From: Macrostomum lignano | Lineage: Eukaryota | Assembly: GCA_002269645.1 (NCBI GenBank) | Contig: NIVC01001794.1 | Span: 1 to 64,000 of the forward strand | Direction: 5' to 3' | DNA length: 64,000 bases | Notes under the pieces: model-generated | What the model was told of the DNA's origin: nothing | What the model saw: the letters and a program-made list of their open reading frames with translations, nothing else | Database searches by the model: none | In this document: piece by piece, positions 31,240-52,200 of the stretch | Layout: the number at the start of each line of letters is the position of its first letter | Numbering within the stretch: position 1 is the first letter of the stretch | Position numbers and translations under genes: made by a program

Positions 31240-34200
31240 ATGTCAAAGAATCAAGTGGCAGCCTGTTTCCACGTTAAGGCGGACTCTGGGATGCCAGGCG
31301 AAGCGCCTCATCAGCCAGCGGCATCAGTTGAGGAGATTCTCTCCAGCTTCATCAAGTACGCCAGCCACAGCGGCATGCTGCCCGGCATGCAGAGGCAGGG
31401 TGCCAAGCGCACCGTGTTGACCGCTCTGGCAGTGCTGGCCAATGTCTTGATCTATGCCGAGTGTCTGGCTACCATGGTGATGTTCTTGCGCCTGCCAACG
31501 GCCCTGGATGCAAGCACAACTTTGCTGGTTGTGTCCATCATCTTTCACTCCTACTGTGCCTCGATCAGCTCTCTGTTCATATGGTCCAGCTGCTCGGGAA
31601 GGCTGAGCAGCTTTCTGCTCGATGTGGACGCAATACTGGCTGATTCGAGAGGCGTGCCTCAGCTGGAGGCGGCACTGCGACAGCGGTTCTTTCAGTACAA
31701 GGGTCTGCTCAGGAAGTTCTTTGCAGCGTTTTTCACTGCCGTAGTGATCAACTCGATCATGAGCGTGACCCTCATCATCATGGCTCCGAACCAGGTTCCT
31801 TTCATGTTCAACATCCGCATTGCGATGTTCGGCTCTGCAGGGACCGGTCACCTGCCAGCAGTCCACCAGGCTCCCTGGGCGCAGGTGGCCAGCCAGGTTG
31901 CCGCTTCGGTCTGGTGGATCTACAAGTCACTCCTGTGGAACTTCGGGTTTCTGCTCTTCTTCACCCTAGCTTGCATCCCTACCCACCTGCTGCTGGGCTA
32001 CAGTTCGGGGCTCGCGGCCCAAGTTCGAGAATCCCAGGGACTCACGGGAGACGCAGCCGCGGCCTATCGACTTTTCTATTTAAGGATCGCGGGCGCAGTT
32101 GAATCCGCTGACGCCATCGTACGCCTGTACCTGTGCGCCACCTTCCTGTTTAGCATCGTGGCCGTGATGTTCAACGTCAATGCTTTGATAGACATGAGCC
32201 AGGTGGATCAGCTGGTGACCTCAATCCTGGCCGTGTGGATCGGATCCAGCCTTCTGCTGCTTTGCCTGCCAGTTTTCATGTGCGGCAGAGTTTTGGTTCT
32301 GGTGAGGGCACGAAGCAGCTGCAAATCTTGTAGCTTGCGAGCTTCTTTGGATTAGTTTGTCAAGATTTATTTGGATTAAGGTCTTTTCTTATCTAGGTGT
32401 TATTTCAACTTTTGCTACACCAGAACTGAGCAAGACATTCACATGAAATTCAAGGACACGGGCTAAAGTTTTGTTGCGACAACTTCTCAAAAAAGAATCA
32501 GGAGTGTCCTTTGAATTCCCTTTGGAATTCAACGATTCTGCCAGAAGTTCGGATTTTTCCCATAAATACACTTCTGTGTGCCAATCAGCACCGCGTCTCA
32601 GTGCGGCCTTGCCAAGCCTTCAAACTTCTTCAGCATGTCAAGCGCACGTGTCTGCATCATATCTGATTTCGGTGGCCTCCGACCTTCAAATCCTCAAAAA
32701 TGGCTCAACCGATTTTCTTCAAACTTGCACCATTCGATCAGAAATTTTCCTGGGACGGTACATGCATCTTGGCTAAGAAATTGCTCAATGTTAAAGGGAT
32801 TAAATATTCGAAAAACATGCTTTTTTGAAAAGGTCAAGCCAAATTTTTGACTTGAATTGCATTGTAAGAATGCTAGAGAAAAAACTGACTGACTGAATTT
32901 ATATTCTGATAAATATTACATCACAACAAGTTGAAAACAGTGTCGAAGAAATGCGCACAAGACTTGATTAAAATTGCGTAACCATATTGCTAACTTCAAT
33001 TGAGACGGATACTGGCTGACTGAGAAATTGATTATGTCATACCTTTTTACACTAAACGACTTGCTGTAAGTATTGAATTATAAGGGCCAAAATTCATGTT
33101 CTCCAATTGAAAAGAGATAGTCTAGATGCGAACAGACTGGACTGCTAATGTAGCGACCTGGGTTCGAATCTTAGTAGTGCAAAATAATTTTTATATTAAA
33201 GCACCTTAAAAACACGAAACTGCTAAACATAAAAGAAGCACAATGTCAAACATTGAAGAGCCACCATGTAAAACATAAAAGAGTCACTATTTCGAACATT
33301 AAAGAGCCACCACGTCGAACATTAAAGTGCCACTATGTCAAACATTAAAGCGCCATCATGTCAAACATGTATGTGACTGCATGTCAAACATAAAAGAGCC
33401 ACCATGTCAAACATTAAAGAACCACCATGTCGAACATTAAAGAGCCACCATGTCGAACATTAAAGAGCCACCATGTAGAATATTAAAGAGCCACTATGTC
33501 AAACATTAAAGAGCCACTATGTCAAACGTAAAAGTGACTTTATGTCAAACATATCAGTGTTTTTATGTCAAACATTAAAGAAGCACCATTTCGAACATTA
33601 AAAAGCCACCATTTCGAATATTAAAGAGCCACCATGTCAAACATTAGAGAGCCACCATGTCAAACATAAGAGAGCCACCATGTCAAGCATAAAATATACA
33701 CAATTTCAAACGTAAAAGTATTGCAAGCCAATGCCAATTTTTAGTCATGCCAATTTTTAGGAGCCACTATAAAGCTAAGGAAATTGTCGCACTAGCTACT
33801 TTTGTCTGGTGGATGCTTGCTATTTGGGGATACTTGCTATCTGGGGGGGGGGTGCTTGCTATCTGGGGGATGCTTGCTATCTGGGGGTGCTTGCTATCTG
33901 GGGGATGCTTGCTATCTGGGGGATGCTTGCTATCTGGGGGATGCTTGCTATCTGGGGGATGCTTGCTATCTGGGGATGCTTGCTATCTGGGGGATGCTTG
34001 CTATCTGGGGGATGCTTGTTATCTGGGATGCTTGCTATCTGGGGGATGCTTGCTATCTGGGATGCTTGCTATCTGGGGGATGCTTGCTATCTGGGGGATG
34101 CTTGCTATCTGGGATGCTTGCTATCTGGGTGATGCTTGCTATCTGGGGGGTGCTTGCTATCTGGGTGATGCTTGCTATCTGGGGGATGCTTGCTATCTGG

Positions 34201-37200
34201 GGGGTGATTGCTATCTGGGTGATGCTTGCTGTCTTGGGATGATTTCTTTTTGCATTGCACTTCATTTGAGCAGTTTGTCGGTTTTCTTTGTGAAGGTTTT
34301 TTTGTATGTCAAATATTAAACAGCCACCATGTCAAACATATACGTGACTACATGTCAAACATAAAAGAGACACCATGTCGAACATAAAAGAGCCACCATG
34401 TCGAACATTAAATAGCCACCACGTCAAACATTACAGAGCCACCATGTCGAACATTAAAGGGCCACTATTTCAAACATTAAAGAGCCACCATGTCAAACAT
34501 TAAAGAGCCACCATGTCAAACATAAAAGAGCCACTATGTCAAAAAAACACGTGACTTCATGTCAAATATTAAAGAGCCACCATGTGAAACATACACGCGA
34601 CTCCATCTCAAACATTAAAGAGCCACTATGTCAAACATAAAAGAGCTACCATGTCAGACATAAAAGAGCTACCATGTCAAATATACAAAAGCCATCATGT
34701 CAAACATAAAAGGGACACCATGTCGAACATAAAAGAGCCACCATAGAGAACATTTAAGAGCCACCATGTCAAACAATAAAGAGCTACCATGTCAAACATA
34801 GAAGAGCCACCATGTTAAACATAAAAGAGCCACCATGCCAAACATAAAAGAGCCATCATGTCAAACATATATGTGACTCCATGTCAAACAGTAAAGAGCC
34901 ACCATGTCAAGCATAAAAGAGCCACCATGTCAAACATAAAAGAGCCACCATGTCAAACATAAAAGAGCCACCATGTCAAACATAAAAGAGCCACCATGTC
35001 GAACATAAAAGAACCACCAAGTCCAACATAAAAGAGCCACCATGTCAAACATTAAAGAGCCACCATGTCAAACATTAAAGAGCCACCATGTCAAACATAT
35101 ATGTGACTCCATGTCAAACAGTAAAGAGCCACCATGTCAAGCATAAAAGAGCCACCATGTCGAACATAAAAGAGCCACCATAGAGAACATTTAAGAGCCA
35201 CCATGTCAAACATTAAAGAGCTACCATGTCAAACATAGAAGAGCCACCATGTTAAACATAAAAAAGCCACCATGCCAAACATAAAAGAGCCACCATGTCA
35301 AACATATATGTGACTCCATGTCAAACAGTAAAGAGCCACCATGTCAAGCATAAAAGAGCCACCATGTCGAACATAAAAGAGCCACCATGTCGAACATAAA
35401 AGAGCCACCATGTCGAACATAAAAGAACCACCATGTCGAACATAAAAGAACCACCATGTCAAACATTAAAGAGCCACCATGTCAAACATTAAAGAGCCAC
35501 CATGTCGAAGATTAAAGAGCCACCATGTCTAACATTATAGAGCCACCATGTCGAACATTAAAGAACCACCATTTCAAACATTAAAGAGCCATCATTACAT
35601 TAAGGTGCCACCATGTCAAACATTAACGAGTCACCATGTCAAGTATATTCGTGACTCCATGTCAAACATAAAAGAGCCACCATGAAGAACATTAAAGAGC
35701 CACCATGTCAAACATTAAAGAGCCACCATAAAAGATACACAATTTCAAACGTAAAAGTAAGCGTCATGCCAATTTTAAAGGAACCACTGTAGAGCTAAGG
35801 AAATTGTTGCACTAGCTACTTAATGTCTGGGGGAAGCTTGCTATTTGGGGGATGCTTGCTATCTGGGGGATGCTTGCTATCTGGGGGATGCTTGCTATCT
35901 GGGGGATGCTTGCTATCTGGGGGACCTGGGTTCGAATCTTAGTAATGCAAAATAATTTTTTTATTAAAACACCTTGAAAACACGAAACTGCTAAACATAA
36001 AAAAAGCACAATGTCAAACATAAAAGAGGCACCATGTCAAACATTACATGGGCACCATGTAAAACATATACGTGACTCTATGTCAAACATTAAAGAGCCA
36101 CCATGTAAAACATAAAAGAGTCACCATTTCGAACATTAAAGAGCCACCACGTCGAACATTAAAGTGCCACCATGTCAAACGTAAAAGAGCCACCACGAAG
36201 AACATTAAAGAGCCACCATGCCAAACATAAAAGAGCCACCATGTCAAACATTAAAGATCCACCATGTAGAATATTAAAGAGCCACTATATCAAACATTAA
36301 AGAGCCACTATGTCAAACGTAAAAGTGACTTTATGTCAAACATATCAGTGACTTTATGTCAAACATATAGGTGTTATTATGTCAAACATTAAAGAACCAC
36401 CATTTCGAACATTAAAGAGCCACCATTTCGAACATTAAAGAGCCACCATGTCAAACATTAGAGAGCCACCATGTCAAGCATAAAATATACGCAATTTCAA
36501 ACGTAAAAGTATTGCAAGCCAATGCCAATTTTAAGTCATGCCAATTTTAAAGGAGCCACTATAAAGCTAAGGAAATTTTCGCACTAGCTACTTATTGTCT
36601 GGTGGATGCTTGCTATTTGGGGATACTTGCTATCTGGGGGGGGGGTGCTTGCTATCTGGGGGATGCTTGCTATCTGGGGGATGCTTGCTATCTGGGGGAT
36701 GCTTGCTATCTGGGGGATGCTTGCTATCTGGGGGATGCTTGCTATCTGGGGATGCTTGCTATCTGGGGGATGCTTGCTATCTGGGGGATGCTTGCTATCT
36801 GGGGGATGCTTGCTATCTGGGGGATGCTTGCTATCTGGGGGATGCTTGCTATCTGGGGGATGCTTGCTATCTGGGGGATGCTTGCTATCTGGGGGATGCT
36901 TGCTATCTGGGGGATGCTTGCTATCTGGGGATGCTTGCTATCTGGGGGATGCTTGCTATTTGGGGGATGCTTGCTATCTGAGGGGTACTTGCTATCTGGG
37001 GGATGCTTTCTCTCTGGGTGATGCTTGCTGTCTTGGGATGATTTCTTCATTTGAGCAGTTTGTCGGTTTTCTTTGTGAAGGTTTTTTTGTATGTCGAATA
37101 TTAAACAGCCACCATGTCAAACATTAAAGAGCCACCATGTCAAACATTAAAGAGCCACCATGACAAACATTAAAGAGCCACCACGTCAAACATTAAAGAG

Positions 37201-39590
37201 CCACCATGTCGAACATTAAAGAGCCACTATGTCAAACATTAAAGAGCCATCATGTCAAACATTAAAGAGTCACCACGTCAAACATTAAAGAGCCACCATT
37301 TCGAACATAAAAGAGCCACTATGTCAAACAAACACATGACTTCATGTCAAATATTAAAGAGCCGCCATGTGAAACATACACGTAACTCCATCTCAAACAT
37401 TAAAGAGCCACTTTGTCAAACATAAAAGAGCTACCATGTCAGACATAAAAGAGCCACCATGTCAAATATACAAAAGCCATCATGTCAAACATAAAACAGC
37501 CACATATACGTGACTTAATGTCAAACCTTAAGGAGCCACCATGTCGAGCATTAAAGAGCCACCATGTCGAACATTAAAGAGCCACCATGTCAAACGTAAA
37601 AGAGCCACCATGTCAAACATAAAAGAGCCACCATTTTAAACATATACGTGACTCCATGTCAAACATTAAAGCGCCATCATGTCAAACATATATGTGACTG
37701 CATGTCAAACATAGAAGAGCCACCATGTCAAACATAGAAGAGACACCATGTCAAACAAAAAGAGCCACCATGTAATATATAAAAGAGCTACCATGTAAAA
37801 TATAAAAGGGCCATCATGTCTAACATTTACGTGACTCAATGTCAAACATTAAAGAGCCACCATGTCGAACATTAAAGAGCCACCATGTTAAACATAAAAG
37901 AGCCACCATGCCAAACATAAAAGAGCGACCATGTCAAACATATACGCGACTCCATGTCAAACATTAAAGCGCCATCATGTCAAACATATATGTGACTGCA
38001 TGTCAAACATAAAAGAGCCACCATGTCAAACAAAGAAGAGACACCATGTCAAACATAGAAGAGCCACCATGTCAAACATAACAGAGACAACATTTCAAAC
38101 GTAAAAGGGCCGCCATGGTGAACATAGAAGAGCCACTATGTCAACATTAAAGAGCCACCTTTTTAAACATAAAAGAGACAACGTTTCAAACATAAAAGAA
38201 GTGTCATGCCAAACAAAATGGAGCCACTATAAATCTAAGGAAATTGTTGCACTAGCTACTTTCTCTGGTGGATGCTTGCTATTTAAGGATGGATACTTGC
38301 TATCAAGGGGATGCTTGCTATCGGAAGGATGCTTGCTACTGGGGTAACTTGCTATTGGGAGATGCTTGCTCTTGGGGGTGGAGGGTAATTGCTATCTAAG
38401 AGGGGGTTGCTAGATATCTATAAGGTCTCTTTGTATCCAGGTTAATGCTTGCTATCTGGGGGATGCTTGCTATCTGGGGGATGCTTGCTATCAGGGGTTG
38501 CTTGCAGTCTCGGGGATGCTTACTATCTGGGGTCTGGGGGATGCTTGCTATCTGGGGGATGCTTGCTATCAGGGGTTGCTTGCTATCGGGGGGATGCTTG
38601 CTATCTGGGGGATGCTTGCAGTCTGGAGGATTTCGCTATTTGGGGATCGATGCTTGAATGCTGTCTGAGGATGCTTGCTGTCTTGGGATGTTTTGTTTTT
38701 AGAGGGAATGTCTGTTGTTTTTTATGAAGGCTTTATTTTGCTGTCTATTTGTTATTTGTAAAGAACAAGGATTCTATCCAGATGTCCCCCATCGGGGGGC
38801 AAATATTGCTAGTTCTTAACTAAATTCTTAACTAGTCTCTCAAGCATTCAGTCATCATCCTAACGCACTTTCTGCAGATAGCACCTGTGACTATTGTCTG
38901 GCAATAAAAAGTTAATCCTGACCTTGAGTTTCGTATGCCTGCGAGAAGGACTGGACAGCGCGGGAAACGTATTTCGATTGGTTGCATAAGAGAAGTTAAG
39001 TTACTGGGGCTATGAGACTCAAGATACGAGCTAGCAACACACAGTCGCTAATATGAGGATTGTCCAACGCGTATTGCACTATCGCCAGGTTCCACGAACC
39101 GCGCATGCAGTTAGCAAAGGTTTCACTGTCCGGTGAATTAAGAAATCTGCTTTTAATTTGCAGGTCAAGAAGCCTTTAAACGTTCTGCAGCGGCAAGAGA
39201 TCACGAAAAATAACTTTAAAGAGGTAAATCGGTTATCAGCATCAACTATTTAGCTTATCCAAGCATTCCTACGCACCTTACCGGTTGAATTCAATTCCCA
39301 GCTTCTAGTGCTTCTGGAGGTGGTGAACAGCAGCAGCTGCGGCATCACCTGCGCCGGCCTCTTCACCATTGACTATTCGCTGATTCCAAGCGTGAGCCAC
39401 ATCAACCTCGTGTTGCTTCTTTACTCCGAAATTAGGTTATAAACTTGATGCTGCAGCTGTTTTATTATTGAAATTTCAGCTCACCGGACTGCTGCTGACG
39501 TACTTCATTCTGATTGTGCAGACACGGCAGGGCGCTGGCGGCCCCGGCTGTCCCAGTGGGGGCGGCGCTTTCAACGGCTCAGCGCTCTGA
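31240..39590 (+). CDS. Gustatory receptor-like (GRL / 7tm_7-type) multi-pass membrane protein, about 440 aa
   Basis: Exons are 31240-32301, 39164-39223 (VKKPLNVLQRQEITKNNFKE), 39302-39391 (LLVLLEVVNSSSCGITCAGLFTIDYSLIPS) and 39480-39590 (LTGLLLTYFILIVQTRQG...*). All three introns are phase 0 with GT-AG ends. There are about 7 hydrophobic segments and the GR-type motifs AGLFTID and TYxxxxxQ. Confidence 0.82.
33160..38700. repeat. Higher-order compound minisatellite in GRL intron 1: two ~2.76-kb super-units, each A-B-A-B
   Basis: A is a 22-bp unit (aaacattaaagagccaccatgtc-like) and B is an 18-bp unit (tgcttgctatctggggga). A recurring linker (..gagccactataaagctaaggaaattgtcgcactagctact) precedes each B block. 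Both super-units start with gacctgggttcgaatcttagta (about 33162 and 35924). Confidence 0.9.
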
Positions 39591-39747
39591 GTGACAGCTG
39601 CATGAATGAAAAGAGAGTGGAGAAAATTGACAGCAAACAAAATCTTCACTGATGATCAATGGAAGACCGCTTGAACTAGATCTACCATCTAAGATACAAT
39701 TGAAACCGAAGAATAGCCAATCATCCTGCCGGGCATTCCACTGTTGA

Positions 39748-39803
39748 CCCTAAACCTAACCCTAACCCTAAACCTAACCCTAACCCTAACCCTAACCCTA
39801 ACC
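39748..39803. repeat. Interstitial telomeric repeat (CCCTAA)9
   Basis: Seven CCCTAA plus two ACCTAA units, starting about 160 bp after the GRL stop codon. Confidence 0.85.
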
Positions 39804-40399
39804 TACATCGTCGGCAGTCGCAGGGCTGGCAGTCAAAATGGTTCTTTTCTACAATATCAAGCACGCAACATCAAAGACAAAAAACACAAGTCTGTGGCGA
39901 CCAGACTGTACGCGACCGGCAGCACCAGTGCAGCCGCACTGGAAACCCCCCAACCTCTGTCTAGCTGAGGTGGGGTGGTTGCGCACCGCGCTAGCCGGCT
40001 CGCTAAGCCAGAGGGTTGGCGTAGCCAATCACGTCACGCGCCACCTGTTTCGCACCTCCCTTGGCTTAGCCCCTCAATCTGGCGTTGTTTGTAAATATAT
40101 AAATACACGCGCAAAGCAGCACAAACTCTTCGCTGCCATTCCATCTATTGAAACAAAAATGCCTTCCGTCTCAAGTCGTTAATATTGCTACCTGGCTCTT
40201 GAAATAACGGCTATGATTTGCTCTAAAATACATTTTACTTTCGTCAAAAGATATGCGTGAAAGTTGACTTGAAATTCTGCAAAGCTATCACTTCTGGACA
40301 ATGACCTGTTTATAACGCGTTCAAAGCTGCCACAAGTGAAATCACAGTGCAGTGTCGAATATACTGTAGAAACTGCTTCAGTCGCGAATGTATCAAGCC

Positions 40400-40580
40400 C
40401 GTATATTTGTGTTGAACAGCAACTCCTGTGGAAGTTCGAGTTTCTGTTCTTCTTCACCTTAATTTGCATCCCTACCCACCTGCTGCTGGGCGACTGGGTT
40501 CGCGGCCCAAGTTCGAGAATCTCAGGGTCTCACGGGGGACGCAGCCGCGACTTATCGATTTTTCTATTTAAAGATCGCAT
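40400..40580 (+). pseudogene. Frameshifted fragment of a second GRL paralog
   Basis: LLWKFEFLFFFTLICIPTHLLLG matches LLWNFGFLLFFTLACIPTHLLLG (about 31930-32000). DNA similarity continues to ttttctatttaaagatcgc. Confidence 0.8.
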
Positions 40581-41010
40581 CCTGAAGGAAAGCCAGCGTG
40601 GACCACTGAAGCCCGCATCGCCAGATCTCGACTAAAAAACGGATGTACGAGACTTACTACAAGTAACAAACTATCGGCTGTGGCTCCGACACCGACACGG
40701 TGGCTGTGACACCCTGCATACAGAGACCACAGTGTGAATGAATGTGCGTGAATGAACTCATGGACCAAGCCGCCCACCTCGACCAGGCGGACGTCCCAAC
40801 GACCCTCCGCGCCGCCAGCCAGATATGACAGCCACTGGCTTATCCAGACCTGCACTTATCAGCTTATCAACCAGTTGCTCGTCGGGGCGAGCACCCCCGA
40901 CGGCAGCACGCACCACCGCATGGGCCCCGCGGATACGCCCAACTGCCCGGACTGTGATGAACCCAAGAAGGTGTAGCACATCCTGCAGTGCTGGCCACGT
41001 GGCGACCGCT
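40580..41010 (+). mobile_element. Degenerate non-LTR retrotransposon 3' fragment (zinc knuckle)
   Basis: HRMGPADTPNCPDCDEPKKV*HILQCWP resembles the H.G...P.C..C...E...HIL..CP knuckle of LINE ORF2. Confidence 0.5.
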
Positions 41011-41607
41011 AACGCCGGATCGGGGAGAAGAAGAACCTTGGCGCTAGTGCTGTCTCCTTGTACTCGTACTGTACCTCTATGCTACTCCATTGGCACATTT
41101 ACAAGTTACATGTATTTTTCACGATTCATATTCTCATAACTGGATTCTCAAGTTAATGTCGGATACCATGAAGGAAAGACTGCAAAGAATTATCTTCTTT
41201 TATTTTTCGTCCTTATCTTACTCTTACGTATTACTAATATATTCTAACCATAAAAATATCCCAATTTCTTCCATAGGGTAGCCAACACAGTCTGCGATTG
41301 GGATCTGCGATTGGAAATTAAGCCAGTGGCTAATACGGTCTTGCTTTTGTCAGCTTTAAATTGTTTAAATTGGTTGGCTAGTTGTATAGTAATTACTATA
41401 AAAAGCGTTCATAGCAATGTGAAGCCTCTTTTGTGCACCGCATAGAAACTGCGTTAGTACCGTATGTGAAGATCATGCTGACTAGCTGTTTGTACTGTGA
41501 ATTCAGCATCAGCAATGTTTAGCTCTACCGAACTTGCTAGCTGAATCGTTTTTCTCGCTGTACCGGTTCTCTCGCTGAGAATGTTTTGTCACGAGTGCAA
41601 GCGAGTG

Positions 41608-41827
41608 TGACTCACATCTAAAACAATTACACATCTAGAAGCAGCGCACACGGCGCACTTAAAAACATTGCATGCTAAAAAAAGAAATATGCGGATGGAA
41701 AAATAAATAAACACACAAAAATGTTGTGCAAGAAAATACAAATGTTCTTAGTAAAAAACGTTTTCTTAGAAAAATGCATTTTTACATCCCTGTTATTAAT
41801 GAGCCCACTCATTTTTTCTCTATAAAT
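41608..41827 (+). promoter_or_regulatory. Putative promoter elements of ADAM copy 3 (AP-1, TATA)
   Basis: TGACTCA at 41608-41614 and TATAAAT at 41821-41827, about 120 bp upstream of the ATG at 41946. Confidence 0.45.
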
Positions 41828-41945
41828 ATAAGCAGAGTTCAGCCCCCAAAAGGCCATGCTGCGGGCCCTCGGCTAAAGCCACAGGAGTTTCCCAAAGTTT
41901 TCCATCTGTCTGAGGATCTGCTACACCGCTGTGCCTCTTCCATTC

Positions 41946-51460
<9,515 letters not shown>

Positions 51461-51654
51461 GTATGATTACAAAATACTAAAAACTGAAAACTGTAGACAT
51501 TGAAGAAAGATTTAAATTCAGACTCAAAATTCAAACAAAATCAGACTTACTTCATAATCCACAAAGGTCGTGAACTCAAATGTTTATGCTTATTGACTTT
51601 CAAAATCACAATTTTTCAAAGCAAGTTAAAGGATACGAAGATTGCGGAGATGAA

Positions 51655-51760
51655 GATTGGGGAGATGGATATTGGGGATATGCATATTGGGGATATGCAT
51701 ATTGGGGATATGCATATTGGGGATATGCATTTGGATATTGGGGGTATGCATTTTGGGGAT
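51655..51760. repeat. 15-bp repeat (ggggatatgcatatt), also at 53745-53830
   Basis: Directly visible in two dispersed, locally similar regions. Confidence 0.8.
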
Positions 51761-51834
51761 TAGAAAGACAAAGCCGACAAGAAACATTTTCTTTTCCAAG
51801 TATTTGTGGATACCGATGGCGAATAAAACTAAAA

Positions 51835-52200
51835 TGTCCCGTTGAAGCTGCAATTGATCTTGCGTGCCGGAACGTGTACAGCGACAACAATACCAATGAA
51901 CCGCTGTTCGATGCTCGAAAGTTTAAAAAACTACTCTAATTGAGCACTAACATATCTTCATGTTTCAAAATAAGTTATATCGTCAAACTGATGGATGTGC
52001 GATGGGCAGCTCGCTGGCTCCAACGCTAGCTAACTTATGCCTGGCGCACCTTTTGCCTGGCAGGGTCTGAGTGGTTAAAGAGTAAATCCGCACCACGGAT
52101 GTACTATCGATATGTCGATGACACGTTCGCCATTTTTGATTCTCAAACTCATGGTGAGCTTTTGGACATGCTCAACCATTTTAAAATTTTCGATCGCACT
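51835..52200 (+). mobile_element. Penelope-like element reverse transcriptase remnant
   Basis: PVEAAIDL..KFKKLL* is followed by FMFQNKLYRQTDGCAMGSSLAPTLAN and PRMYYRYVDDTFAIF, with stops and frameshifts. These match the PLE-type YxQxxGxxMGS and RYVDD motifs. Confidence 0.8.

Noticed and set aside
33747-38727. Long ORFs such as MLAIWG.., GCLLSG.. and DACYLG..
   Set aside because: These are stop-free readings of the 18-bp intronic repeat in several frames and show no protein-like features.
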